Positions 45,528 through 55,650 of a stretch of 64,000 nt of DNA are shown piece after piece; the stretch's first letter is position 1; each line of letters starts with the position of its first letter. This stretch comes from a virus, in the IMG/VR virus record IMGVR_UViG_3300017767_000005; one strand, given 5' to 3'. The position numbers were made by a program, and so were the translations under genes. The notes beneath the pieces are model-generated. The model ran no database searches. It had not been told where the DNA came from and saw only the letters and a program-made list of their open reading frames with translations.

Positions 45528-46598
45528 TCATCTGCGACGCATATTTATTCGTCTTAGATATGTAAATGTTAGCATATGTGTGCAAACTACATCATCATCG
45601 TCAAACTTATGAGCCAATTCTAAAGAGTAGTTGTTTAGGCTGTCGGTAGTACCCAAAAGACCTGTTTTTGTATAAATCTCATCAAAGACCTCTCCGGCTA
45701 TGTTTAAGCATAATCTATACGCGTTTTCGTAGTTAGTGCCTCTTGTAGTGATATACACAATAACTTCGTATTCTTGGTCTATTCTGCCACCACCAAGAGC
45801 CGCAAACTCCGGTGAATTGATACCACGAAGCATAACATGGATAACGGGAGGGGTAAGTCTTGTAAGCATAGAGCGCGATACATCGAACCCATACTTGATT
45901 GCGGATTCATCCATGTGTGATTTGAGATACATTCGCTTACTATTCTTTAACTGATTGACAATAGACATACCCATGCGAAGTAGTGTGTCTGTGGCGAAAT
46001 CAGAAGGCATTAATTCATCGGGAGTAAATGCACCATGTTTTGATACATACACTGAACCCCACTTTACATTACCGCTATTATTACCAAAGGAAATAGTATC
46101 TGATGAACCGGATGCACCCGTAACCGATAGGTAGTGTGTTGAACCATCATCATCCTCCATAATCTCTCTCATATACAGTCGGGCATTACCGCTACTGTCA
46201 AGAGTTAATCTTAGGACTAAAGGAACGGGTTCTTCGTCTGCCATAGCAATATCTAATTCGGGAGAAGTAACTGTTGACGCACCGACTAACTTTACCTTTT
46301 TTGAAGTGCCGTCTGCCTTAACTTCGACTTTGTGTGTGCCGTTATCAAGACTCATTAGGACTTCGTTGTTATTCGGTGCAGTAGTATAATACAATACCGC
46401 TAAAAGTGTTAAGTCATTCTCCGTTGGTGTAATGTTGTATCTTGCGTCTGTGACTTGCCAATAGTCACCGCTTGTAGTTGCACCACTACCTGTTATGGCA
46501 AATGCTTCATTATTGCTTTCACCTGCTACCGAAGGACTTGTCGGGTTTTCACCATTTAGTCTTGTAGTCCAAAATTGAGAAGTAGTTGCTATCGCCAT
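45528..46598 (-). CDS. Tail terminator-like protein with an N-terminal beta domain
   Basis: C-terminal EYEVIVYITTRG...EVFDEI; precedes the tail tube. Confidence 0.6.
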   Translation of the reverse strand: MAIATTSQFWTTRLNGENPTSPSVAGESNNEAFAITGSGATTSGDYWQVTDARYNITPTENDLTLLAVLYYTTAPNNNEVLMSLDNGTHKVEVKADGTSKKVKLVGASTVTSPELDIAMADEEPVPLVLRLTLDSSGNARLYMREIMEDDDGSTHYLSVTGASGSSDTISFGNNSGNVKWGSVYVSKHGAFTPDELMPSDFATDTLLRMGMSIVNQLKNSKRMYLKSHMDESAIKYGFDVSRSMLTRLTPPVIHVMLRGINSPEFAALGGGRIDQEYEVIVYITTRGTNYENAYRLCLNIAGEVFDEIYTKTGLLGTTDSLNNYSLELAHKFDDDDVVCTHMLTFTYLRRINMRRR

Positions 46599-47158
46599 CA
46601 AATCACCTCTTGAAACTCCCTGTCTATGTGTCTTTTTACGGTTCGTTCAGAAATCATTCCAAAGATTCTTTCTGCTTCATCTATGAATCTTGTTCCGACT
46701 AAACCATAGTGATAACCTTGACCGTCAAACGAAGGCATCCAACCGTAGCGCATATTGGATTCACGATAAACAGGGCGACCTTTTATTGCCGCATCACTTT
46801 TCCACTTAAAATAACCTGCGGGTGTGCCTTCGTTATACATTATTGCAAGATTCCATGATGCGCCGTTATCATCGGGGCTTGTTTCAATACCTGCACCGAT
46901 TTCTCCATCACCACGACCACCACGACTACCAAATCTTGCTTCGACTGTATCTCTCTTAATTTCTATTTCTCTATCTAAAGAGTTACCAACCATTTGTGAT
47001 GCTTGATTTCTAAAGTGTTTGTTGATGTGGTTTTTTGTTCGCTCTTTGACTCTTGACATAGTTTCACTAAAACCACGCCTAATAGCACGAAGCATTCTAT
47101 CGTTTGCTTTACGCAACGATATGTCTAACTCGCTTGTGTCAAATGTTACTGATACCAT
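46598..47158 (-). CDS. Tail completion/neck protein (HK97 gp10-like)
   Basis: Long N-terminal helices, NSL, NEGT, GTRFIDEA; position. Confidence 0.65.
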   Translation of the reverse strand: MVSVTFDTSELDISLRKANDRMLRAIRRGFSETMSRVKERTKNHINKHFRNQASQMVGNSLDREIEIKRDTVEARFGSRGGRGDGEIGAGIETSPDDNGASWNLAIMYNEGTPAGYFKWKSDAAIKGRPVYRESNMRYGWMPSFDGQGYHYGLVGTRFIDEAERIFGMISERTVKRHIDREFQEVI

Positions 47159-47694
47159 CAATCAACACTTCCCAAATGAGCAAGACGCATTAAGTTTCTA
47201 TTTCCTCTTTCTCTAAGTGCGCTACTCCTAAGAGAGCCTTCGGTTGTTGTTGTTTGGAACATAGATTCATCTTCAAGATAATATGCGGCGGCTATATCGC
47301 CGCAAATCTCACGGAGAACATGCGCCATTTCTCCTTCTTGTACTGTTACATTGTCTGCATGGTCAAAGGAAACTCCTGTGACCCCTGTAAGAGTGTGTGT
47401 GGATTTGCCAGCCCATGCGAATGAATCTCCGTCAATGTTACCGTTACCTGCATTCGCAAAATCTGTTCCACTTGTTAAGACAACGCTTGTAGCACCAGCG
47501 ACTACTGCACCGTCTAATGTGGTTTCACCGATTTCACGACTTGGTGTATCGCGACCATAATCTTTGAAGATTTGGTCTATGTCTATTGTAGCCCTGCGAA
47601 TTGCACTTGTTAGTTTTGTGTTTGCTCTTGTGCGCTGTGCGCTATCAAGACCAAGACGAGAACCAACATCAGCAACGCTACAATAATAAACCAT
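47158..47694 (-). CDS. Head-tail connector with inserted beta domain
   Basis: YCSVADV...AIRRAT...ID, insert TTLDGAV...H, VLREICGDIAAAY. Confidence 0.7.
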   Translation of the reverse strand: MVYYCSVADVGSRLGLDSAQRTRANTKLTSAIRRATIDIDQIFKDYGRDTPSREIGETTLDGAVVAGATSVVLTSGTDFANAGNGNIDGDSFAWAGKSTHTLTGVTGVSFDHADNVTVQEGEMAHVLREICGDIAAAYYLEDESMFQTTTTEGSLRSSALRERGNRNLMRLAHLGSVD

Positions 47695-47695
47695 A

Positions 47696-47848
47696 TTACA
47701 TCAACCCGCCAACATCAATTCCAAGAGAAGCAACCATAGCAAAGAAAGCATATTTCAAATACTTAGCCATTACAGACAATTCAAAAACTGCTTGTTCAAG
47801 CAATCTTACCCTTTCATCAAGGGATTCAAATTGTTCTTCGCTAACCAT
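47696..47848 (-). CDS. Small coiled-coil plus TM protein (holin-like; not in ORF track)
   Basis: MVSEEQFESLDERVRLLEQ...YAFFAMVASLGIDVGGLM. Confidence 0.55.
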   Translation of the reverse strand: MVSEEQFESLDERVRLLEQAVFELSVMAKYLKYAFFAMVASLGIDVGGLM

Positions 47849-47853
47849 TTGAC

Positions 47854-48033
47854 TCATTCCTTCTTAACCATTTCTTTTGCATCGTCGGCTAAGTCGGTGA
47901 CTTCTTCAATAATCTCTTCGATTTCATCAAGAGTTATTTTTCCATCTGCCATAACTCTCTTGTAAAGAGCAAGACCTTTCTCTCCGACATAAGCCGCTAC
48001 CATACCGTATAATACTACTGCATCAATATCCAT
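47854..48033 (-). CDS. Small membrane protein (holin-like)
   Basis: AAGGTGA SD; hydrophobic N-terminus and ADGKITLDE motif. Confidence 0.55.
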   Translation of the reverse strand: MDIDAVVLYGMVAAYVGEKGLALYKRVMADGKITLDEIEEIIEEVTDLADDAKEMVKKE

Positions 48034-48044
48034 TTGATTCACCT

Positions 48045-48478
48045 TCATTCTCTATATAGGATTTCTTTAACTGCCGAAAAAGGTAACACCGTAAACGGAC
48101 GCGATTCGCCCACCCTATAAATCTTGTAGCCGTGGTCTGTCTTTTCAATGTTCACATTGGTATAACATCTTTCCGGTGGTTGATAAACTATTTTTCCCTT
48201 ACGCATTTTTTTCACCTGTAATCAAGTCTTTTTTTTGTTTCTTTTCCGCTAAATCTAATTGCTTAGACTTTGCATCAAACCATGTATCTAGTAAATTGCA
48301 TCTTGTCACTTTAAGCACCTCTTAGTGATTCTATGTGTTCAGCAGTAGGACATGAACATATGTCCGTAGGCCATAAATCTAATCTTAGGTAATCTTCTTC
48401 ACCGTCATTGTGTAATACATGACCGTTCTTGAGAACTTCACGGTAGTTTTCCAATAATACTTCGTAATAACTCTTCAT
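48045..48478 (-). CDS. Three coupled microORFs (48045-48206, about 48187-48309, 48311-48478)
   Basis: Translated by hand; GGTGA/GAGGTG SDs and overlaps. Confidence 0.45.
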
Positions 48479-50643
48479 GATAACTTCACCATAATAATTG
48501 CGTTTGCGGGATTTCCACCGCCATTTTTTATTCTATACTTTGTCCCGCTTGCGGCATGGTCTACTACTTTATGCTTTATCTGTAAAGTATCACCATCTGC
48601 AAGAGTAATAATTGAAGTGCAATCAAAGTGGTCGTCAACCCAAAAACCATTTTTTTGTATTCTGCCAAAACCTTCCATAGTTGAACCATGATACATAATT
48701 ATCTGAATTGTGTATTTGTTACCACTTGTTTCTGCAATAGAAGTGCCGGTTGTTGAATCTCCAAAGTGCAATCTTGCATATACAAGATAAGTGCCAGCAG
48801 TTGAAGCAGTAGCAGTAAATGTACCACTACTAAAACCTGTTAGTGTTCCGGTTCTTGTAAATCCGCTTGAATCATCAACAGCAAGCGTATTGTCAGTCGC
48901 TTCGGCTAACCCATCAACCGCACTTGTCAATTCCCATCTGCCATATACAGAAGTAGCATCACCCGTTAAGTAACCTGCGTCATTAGCAAAAGAACTAACA
49001 GCACCACCAGCCGGAACAAAGTTGGCTATGGCCGGTGGCTCTAAAAAACCCAAATCATTAGCCAAAGCACTTACGGGGTCGCCAGCCTGTAATGCAGAAG
49101 CGGCCAAAGAGCCTTGAGCCGCAGTAGCAAAGTCTGAAAATGTGCAATTTTTGAGATTGTCGCTATCGTTTGCGTCAAGCATTAGAATCTTGTCTGCCGC
49201 CGCAGGGGTAACTTCTGTGGTTGTTGCACCATTAAGTGCGGCTTTGACATTTGCTTCGTTTGTAACATCTGCACCGGCTTCTGCATTTCCTAAGAATGTT
49301 AATACTTGCGCCTGTGTTAATTCTTCTGAATCACCACTACTACCTGTTACTCTTCCAAGTATTCTGCTTGTGGCTACATTTGACACAACATCAACCGTTC
49401 CTCCACCTCCACCTCCACCGGCTATTGAAGAACCGCTTGTTATCTGCACATCATCCCCATCTTCATTTGTAAAGTATAATTCGTTAGGAGAGCCTGTTTT
49501 AACCCACAAAAGACCCTTTCCGCCTACTGTGGTGTGTCCGGTAGCCGCTACACTTCCCTTTTCATCAATTACTAATCCTGTTGGGTCAATAAGACCGCCA
49601 ACATCTAATTTACCCGTAATGTTAAAATTACCTGCTATCTTAGGCATAGGGCCGGAGGCATGTCGAGGACTACGATACACACCTTGAGATATTTGGCTGA
49701 AAGACCATGAGCCTCTTATCTTGGGCGCATTAACTAAGCGTATGTCTGCACCTTGAGCCGTTAGTCCTGTTGGCCCTTTGAGCATTACACCGTCACCGAT
49801 TTCTAATTCCTCTAAACTAACATAGTTATTATCATTGAATAGGATTTTGTGACCGGCAGTATCAGCATTAAGAATTACTTTTCTCATATAACTAACAAAT
49901 GCACTTGGGGTTGTTGATGGACTTTGACCATAGCCTGTTGCACCTGTAATGGGAAGATAAATACCACTAGATGTAGCCTTAAACTCGCATGTAGCCGCAC
50001 CTGCGTTAAACAAATCGTCACTGTAAGTAAATGTCCCAAAGTCAAAGTGTTTGAGCCTGTCGTTATCAACAAGGTTGCCCGTTGGTTGGAATGTAATACC
50101 GTCATCGGCAGTAAAGGCAGTAAAGGTAGTTTTACCGCTTGTACCTGTCGGTGCAACATAGTTAGGTGCAAAAGAGCCTGTTTTCAATACGGTTGTTTGG
50201 TGGTCGCCATCATCAAACTTTGTAACTACTGAACCACCATACATATTAAGAGTAATAGTGCCACTCCAATTACCACCATCAGCCATCATCAAAAATCTAT
50301 TAGCAAAAGATTTGTAACTACCGTATTCTGACCCACTACCGCCTTGTCTAAAATCTATGGTTGATGCGGTTCCGGCTTTAATCCCATCTGCTTTAGCAAG
50401 ATATACACCTTTAGTAACGGGAACAGTTTGTAATCTTACTGAACTTCCATAAGTGCTTTCAACTATTATTTCCCCTATTGTAATAGAAGAACCTGTGGTT
50501 AAATCAAAGTAACATTCTCGGTTATTTGCTTTGTCGTTGAATACTGCAACATCACCTGCACCGGGAACACCGCTTGGAGTCCAATTACCCGCTACATTGA
50601 AAAGATTAGCGGAACCGTCGCCTAACCATTCTTTTGTTGCCAT
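48475..50643 (-). CDS. Fibre/adhesin-like virion protein (722 aa)
   Basis: WLGDGS...GNWTPSGVP beta-strand start, Gly linker, C-terminal TYLVYARL beta-sandwich. Confidence 0.7.
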   Translation of the reverse strand: MATKEWLGDGSANLFNVAGNWTPSGVPGAGDVAVFNDKANNRECYFDLTTGSSITIGEIIVESTYGSSVRLQTVPVTKGVYLAKADGIKAGTASTIDFRQGGSGSEYGSYKSFANRFLMMADGGNWSGTITLNMYGGSVVTKFDDGDHQTTVLKTGSFAPNYVAPTGTSGKTTFTAFTADDGITFQPTGNLVDNDRLKHFDFGTFTYSDDLFNAGAATCEFKATSSGIYLPITGATGYGQSPSTTPSAFVSYMRKVILNADTAGHKILFNDNNYVSLEELEIGDGVMLKGPTGLTAQGADIRLVNAPKIRGSWSFSQISQGVYRSPRHASGPMPKIAGNFNITGKLDVGGLIDPTGLVIDEKGSVAATGHTTVGGKGLLWVKTGSPNELYFTNEDGDDVQITSGSSIAGGGGGGGTVDVVSNVATSRILGRVTGSSGDSEELTQAQVLTFLGNAEAGADVTNEANVKAALNGATTTEVTPAAADKILMLDANDSDNLKNCTFSDFATAAQGSLAASALQAGDPVSALANDLGFLEPPAIANFVPAGGAVSSFANDAGYLTGDATSVYGRWELTSAVDGLAEATDNTLAVDDSSGFTRTGTLTGFSSGTFTATASTAGTYLVYARLHFGDSTTGTSIAETSGNKYTIQIIMYHGSTMEGFGRIQKNGFWVDDHFDCTSIITLADGDTLQIKHKVVDHAASGTKYRIKNGGGNPANAIIMVKLS

Positions 50644-50645
50644 AC

Positions 50646-51038
50646 CTACTCACTCACTTTAGTTTTAGTGACTTTGCCTTGATAGACAGTACCACCTTTT
50701 TCACTAATGAGAGCAAGCATATCCTGTGCTTGTTTTTCAATTTGTCTTAATTGGGTTGATAACCTAATGTCGTTTGCTCTTCTCTCATTCTCATTGACAT
50801 AACTTGGAATAGTATCAATCATAACTCGCAGACAATCTGCGGCAACCAAAAACTTGATTGCTGACTCTTTTTGTGCAGTAGTTACTGCGTTTGCCGAATC
50901 TGCGGCAAGTAAGTGTGTCCCTCTTGTCTTTTTGTTTACTTCTTCTGTGCGAATAGTAATGTATTCACTAATAGTCCCTTCATTCAAACCTCTTGGTCTG
51001 TTGAGAAGGTCACGGATATTAGCGGTAGTTACTGTCAT
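50646..51038 (-). CDS. Probable head-tail adaptor
   Basis: Four-helix pattern, downstream of the capsid genes. Confidence 0.5.
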   Translation of the reverse strand: MTVTTANIRDLLNRPRGLNEGTISEYITIRTEEVNKKTRGTHLLAADSANAVTTAQKESAIKFLVAADCLRVMIDTIPSYVNENERRANDIRLSTQLRQIEKQAQDMLALISEKGGTVYQGKVTKTKVSE

Positions 51039-51388
51039 TACTCTTCCTCATTTATGCTCATTCCCCATCTGTCGTTATAATCTTTCGGGACATCAAGGAA
51101 TGTTGCGTCTTTAGGAATGTTTGGTGAGCGACCCATAACAAAAACTAATTTAGATTCGATAATATCCTTAGCCATTTTGCTATCGGGCAACCAATAAGTA
51201 TCTTTTGTTTCTAAAAGAGTTACGGGGTGATTAGGTTTTCGTGAAACGGGTTTACCTAAACGGACAATCCAACCAAGATGAGAAAACCAATTCTCATTTC
51301 TGTGTTGTAATTCAACAACAGTTTGTTTTTCCGGTAAAGGTATTTTCTTTTTCTTTAATGCTACAACTAACTTAGACTTTTGACTCAT
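51038..51388 (-). CDS. Hypothetical head-module protein
   Basis: Coupled ORF, 116 aa. Confidence 0.65.
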   Translation of the reverse strand: MSQKSKLVVALKKKKIPLPEKQTVVELQHRNENWFSHLGWIVRLGKPVSRKPNHPVTLLETKDTYWLPDSKMAKDIIESKLVFVMGRSPNIPKDATFLDVPKDYNDRWGMSINEEE

Positions 51389-51519
51389 TCTTTAACTTCC
51401 TTTTTGGTAGTTTTCTTAGGCTTCTTTGCTTTAGTAGCCTTCTTTGGGGGAATGACATCGTAGTTACCGTCTTTTCTAAGACGATAGATTGTACCATCGG
51501 GTTCAGTCCACTCATCCAT
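51385..51519 (-). CDS. Basic microprotein (44 aa; not in ORF track)
   Basis: GAGGTG SD; MDEWTEPDG...PKKATKAKKPKKTTKKEVKE. Confidence 0.6.
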   Translation of the reverse strand: MDEWTEPDGTIYRLRKDGNYDVIPPKKATKAKKPKKTTKKEVKE

Positions 51520-51529
51520 TTAACACACC

Positions 51530-52000
51530 TCAAACAATTGTTTCTTGGTATGTGATATAGATGTTAGCCGCACCAGCAGTTAGAGCCGCACCACCAATGG
51601 TGAAAAGAAGATTCTTAGCCGCATTAAGTTTTGTACCTTTAGAGCAAAACTCCCATCCAGCAGTAGCCGCAACCATAGCACCATTATCGAATGCAGTAGC
51701 CGCAATAACTGAATCTGCAACTCCTGTGTGTCCTATTGCAATTGTAGCGGAACCGCTTGAAGCAAATGGGACTTCAACATCAATAAACCAAGCCTTTAGG
51801 ATTGCGCCCGCAGGTAATTGTTGTGCGGCAACACCATCGGCAGTTAGAGTTTTAGCCGCAGTATCTCCGCCATCTTGGTCATATTGATAAACAAACTTTA
51901 GAGTTTTCTCGATAGTGTTTGCAGTTTTAACATCTGTAACTGAATCTGCTTTAAGCATCTTCGTTGTTACGAAGTCGTTAAACTTTTTATTTTGTGCCAA
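51530..52000 (-). CDS. Probable capsid decoration protein
   Basis: GAGGTGA SD, TTG start; beta-rich; directly after the MCP. Confidence 0.6.
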   Translation of the reverse strand: MAQNKKFNDFVTTKMLKADSVTDVKTANTIEKTLKFVYQYDQDGGDTAAKTLTADGVAAQQLPAGAILKAWFIDVEVPFASSGSATIAIGHTGVADSVIAATAFDNGAMVAATAGWEFCSKGTKLNAAKNLLFTIGGAALTAGAANIYITYQETIV

Positions 52001-52010
52001 CTAAATCACC

Positions 52011-52955
52011 TCAAATTACGCCTGTAATCTTAGCAATTCTGTTGTTTGTTCCGCTTGAAGCACCATCTTGGGATTCGTGAATAACTGTTCCCATGTAGCC
52101 TGTAAGCATCCAATCGAATCCAACACCTGGAAGGCGAGTTAATTCAGTTTCTTGGAAACCAGCACCGTTGTAAGTGAAGAACTCAGCAGTTTCGCTACCT
52201 GGAATAAGTAGTAGTGCATCATCTTCAAGAGCCGAAGCCGCGCTACCTGTTCCCGGATTTACTTCGTTCTTACCACCTGTGTAATCGCGAGTGTAGTAAA
52301 CAGTCATGTTTGCAATTCTTCTCATATGCTCTTGTAGTGACTCGACTACATTTCCATATAGTTGAGTGTTTAGAAGTGCGCTTCGTGTGGAAGTAGGTAG
52401 GACAAGTGCCATTCCTTCATCACCGGAAACTCTTGCATTTGAGTAAACTAAGTCCATTGTGTCGAGAAGGTCTTTTTCTTCATCTGCACTTGCTGAACCA
52501 AAGGTTGCAGTAGCCGCTTTGGACTGACCTGCGCCTGTGTGTAGTCCGTCTAAGATTAGGTTGTCAATTGTGTTAGCCCTTGCACGAACAATTCCCAACT
52601 GTTGTCGGTCAATGTTTTCAAAGGACTCGCCACGAAGTCTAACTGTGTCTAGGAAAACACATCGACCCATACCTTTCTGCAACTTTACAGTGTAGTTTGC
52701 GGTTCCGACCTTTGTTGGGTCTGCGATAGCCGCATCATCTAGTGGGAAAGTAAAAGACCCGTCAACACCTGTGTACCACTTGAACTCAAGCCAAGGAACA
52801 CTTCTAACACCTACAAGGTCTGTACCTATTGCAAGTCTGTTAGATTGCAACTGAATAAAGTCACGAAGGGTTTGCTCAAGAACGCTGTCGCCGACACCGA
52901 ATGGGCCAGCCGCCGCGCCTACATTTAAGATTTCTTCCAAAGAATTATTTGCCAT
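52011..52955 (-). CDS. Major capsid protein (HK97 fold)
   Basis: 314 aa; position after protease; pattern of E-loop, spine helix IVRARANTIDNLIL, ALVLP, LLIP. Confidence 0.85.
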   Translation of the reverse strand: MANNSLEEILNVGAAAGPFGVGDSVLEQTLRDFIQLQSNRLAIGTDLVGVRSVPWLEFKWYTGVDGSFTFPLDDAAIADPTKVGTANYTVKLQKGMGRCVFLDTVRLRGESFENIDRQQLGIVRARANTIDNLILDGLHTGAGQSKAATATFGSASADEEKDLLDTMDLVYSNARVSGDEGMALVLPTSTRSALLNTQLYGNVVESLQEHMRRIANMTVYYTRDYTGGKNEVNPGTGSAASALEDDALLLIPGSETAEFFTYNGAGFQETELTRLPGVGFDWMLTGYMGTVIHESQDGASSGTNNRIAKITGVI

Positions 52956-52982
52956 TTTAATCACCTATTCATTATTTTAGTT

Positions 52983-53402
52983 TCAACTTGTAGCCGCCTG
53001 TGTGACATTGATAGGAACCAAGTCGCCAGCACTTGAACTTGTTGTTTCGCCTGTCCCGACATAAACTCCAATGAGTTTTCGGGAAGAAGAAGTAGTACCG
53101 CACACACCAGCCGCTTGTGCATAAACCAAGAGTCCGGTTGTGTAAGTTTGAGAAGCCGCAGAAGCAATCATCATTGTTCCGTTTAGTGGAATGAATGAAA
53201 CTGTTGCATTTGCAGTTTCAAGTGTACCATCTGCGTCACGGCTTGATTCGCCCATTGAAACTCCAATGGCGATTTCGTTAGCCGCAGTTAGGTCTAACTT
53301 GTTGTTAGTCGAATCGTGTACTAATAAATAACCGACACCTGCAACTGTTGTTGCATCTTTTAGTGTTGCGGTTCTTGGGTCGTTTGCGCTAAATGCTACC
53401 AT
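52983..53402 (-). CDS. Capsid cement/decoration protein
   Basis: Ala/Thr/Gly-rich (AIGVS...IGVYV); lies between protease and MCP. Confidence 0.65.
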   Translation of the reverse strand: MVAFSANDPRTATLKDATTVAGVGYLLVHDSTNNKLDLTAANEIAIGVSMGESSRDADGTLETANATVSFIPLNGTMMIASAASQTYTTGLLVYAQAAGVCGTTSSSRKLIGVYVGTGETTSSSAGDLVPINVTQAATS

Positions 53403-53403
53403 T

Positions 53404-55614
53404 TCAAATCATCTCCTTAATTTCTTCATAACTTTGTGCTTTGAATCTTCCATCACGCATTTCAACACCACTTAGGGTCTTGTTCCACGCTGAAGCCCAT
53501 GCGTTATATCCCTTAGCGTAGGTTGCTTCGGGAGTTTCAACAACTTTACCGTTTAGGTAATTTGCTACTACTGCTTCGGACTTTGCCGGTGCAGGGGTGG
53601 ATTCTGATGCAACCGCAGGTTCAACCGGCTTCATTTCAGCAGGTTCTTCGACCTTTGGACGGGATTCTTCCCAAGATGCAATAAGAGAACTAATAGTATC
53701 GCTTGATAAATCTTCGTGACCTTTCAAACCCATTTCAGTTGCTTTTGCTACAAGTGCAATTCTTTCATCTTCAATTTTCTTTGCTTCAATTGCCTTAAAC
53801 TCAGCAATAGTCGCTTGTGCAAGGATTAAATCTGCTTTAAGGGCTTCTGCTTCAGCCAATGCTTCGGAAGCAACTGCACCCATTTCTTCATTAATAATTT
53901 CGTCGCTCATGGTAGTTTCACCTTTTTGCTGAACTGTGGCAGTTGTGGTTTGATACTTAAATGATTCTGTCGAAATCATATCATTTTCTATAATTTCTTC
54001 ATTTTCAGAAGCGGCCATAGGTTTAATTTTATTAACTTCTTCTATGTTCGCTCTCTCATAAGCAGGTTTATGCACGATAGCCAAGTGGTCAAATGTAAAG
54101 TCGCTTTCAAAGACCATACCATCATCGTTTGCTTGGATAGGAACACCGTAACCACCAATAGATACACCGTAATTACTACGCAACCATAGACCGGATTCAA
54201 GAGCCTCAAATAATTCTGTCCTTTGGACTTGAGCCTTGTAGCGAACATTCCACTTACCGGCTTCTAACTCTTCAAGACTTGCTTCTGTAACAACACCAAC
54301 AACGGCTTCATCAATCCCACCATCCATGTTACGAGAGAATCCTATCTTTGTTGGCTTAGGGTGATTTAGTGTTAAGTCTGCACCTACCATCTGTTGCATA
54401 GCGACATCTGCACCTTTACGAGTTAAAGACCAATTGTTTTTGTTCATGCCTTCATGGAATGCAATACCGGATATTTCAATAATTGACTTTCCGGTTGTTG
54501 CTTCGACTTTTGCTACTACATCGTCAATAGTAATCTCCATAGTAACATTAACAGGCTGACATGTACCAGCAACCAACTCTTCACCAACGGGACAAGAATC
54601 TTCGGAAGCATATGCTTTATCTTCTTCATCTTCACCATCTTCTGAGTATATTTTTTTCATATATCCGGCTTCTTCCTTTTCCGGTATATCCTTACCTTTG
54701 TTTTTACTCATGTATTCTTCATGGGTTTTACCGGGCATAAAAACTTTCTTGCCATCTTCTTCATGTGAATGAATACCATCAAGACCCATTTCTTTTGCAC
54801 GACTCATGGCTTCAGTCGGATTATCGAATACATCTTTGCGAATCATCTTTGCTTCAACGGTTCCTCCACCACAACCTCCGCCACAACCACAACCTTCTTC
54901 GGAAGCCTTCTTTGACTTTCTGCCGTGATTGCTTGGTAGCAAATCATTGTCTTGAACATATTTAGGATTAGATGGTTTACCGCTTCTAACTAACTTTAGG
55001 AATGCGTTTACTCTTGCCATAGACCATGCGGCTCTTGAAACACCGGGTCGGTGAGATGTGGAAAAAGCACCAGCACCACGGCGATATACTGCCTTTAGCA
55101 TACCAAGTGTAACTTTCTTTTCACTTTTTTTGTTATGCTCACTAACTTTTGTTTTCAAAGACTTAGTTACTGATTCGGAAAAAGTAACTCCGCCTTTAGA
55201 GTCTTTTGCTGAATCTTTTGGATTTTTATTAGAGCCTTTGCGCCTATCTTTTGGTGGCGCAGGGGTTGAAGAATCTTTATCGGAATAGATTTTTTTCATA
55301 TGTACCGCTTCAACAGGACTACTTCTCCATTGACGGCAAGACCAATATCCGGGTGTTGTACGGTCTTTTTTATTTGCACAATCATGTCTGTCACGGAATG
55401 CTTTGCGTCTTTTAGGGTCGTCACGCTTAATTTCCATGTTAGGGTCGCCAAACCTTACAATAATTACTTTACCGCTACTATTAGTGGTATAGACTCCAAA
55501 CTTCTTTTTTTCATTAGGTGTTCGGAATGGTTTGTTAAGAGTAACTTTACGCCCTTGGTATTCTGCCGCACTGACATTTTCTTCTTCCCAATCTTCATAA
55601 CTAGGAGTAGGCAT
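53404..55614 (-). CDS. Prohead protease-scaffold polyprotein with N-terminal accessory domains
   Basis: Protease motifs LNHP, GVSIGG, FDHLAIVHKPAY; C-terminal coiled-coil scaffold; about 370-aa N-terminal extension. Confidence 0.85.
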   Translation of the reverse strand: MPTPSYEDWEEENVSAAEYQGRKVTLNKPFRTPNEKKKFGVYTTNSSGKVIIVRFGDPNMEIKRDDPKRRKAFRDRHDCANKKDRTTPGYWSCRQWRSSPVEAVHMKKIYSDKDSSTPAPPKDRRKGSNKNPKDSAKDSKGGVTFSESVTKSLKTKVSEHNKKSEKKVTLGMLKAVYRRGAGAFSTSHRPGVSRAAWSMARVNAFLKLVRSGKPSNPKYVQDNDLLPSNHGRKSKKASEEGCGCGGGCGGGTVEAKMIRKDVFDNPTEAMSRAKEMGLDGIHSHEEDGKKVFMPGKTHEEYMSKNKGKDIPEKEEAGYMKKIYSEDGEDEEDKAYASEDSCPVGEELVAGTCQPVNVTMEITIDDVVAKVEATTGKSIIEISGIAFHEGMNKNNWSLTRKGADVAMQQMVGADLTLNHPKPTKIGFSRNMDGGIDEAVVGVVTEASLEELEAGKWNVRYKAQVQRTELFEALESGLWLRSNYGVSIGGYGVPIQANDDGMVFESDFTFDHLAIVHKPAYERANIEEVNKIKPMAASENEEIIENDMISTESFKYQTTTATVQQKGETTMSDEIINEEMGAVASEALAEAEALKADLILAQATIAEFKAIEAKKIEDERIALVAKATEMGLKGHEDLSSDTISSLIASWEESRPKVEEPAEMKPVEPAVASESTPAPAKSEAVVANYLNGKVVETPEATYAKGYNAWASAWNKTLSGVEMRDGRFKAQSYEEIKEMI

Positions 55615-55650
55615 GGATAAAGCGATTCATGGGCTGATTAATAAAAATAA

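Noticed and set aside
49142-49687. 181-aa plus-strand ORF with a poly-Pro run
   Set aside because: Antisense mirror of the Gly-rich fibre gene.
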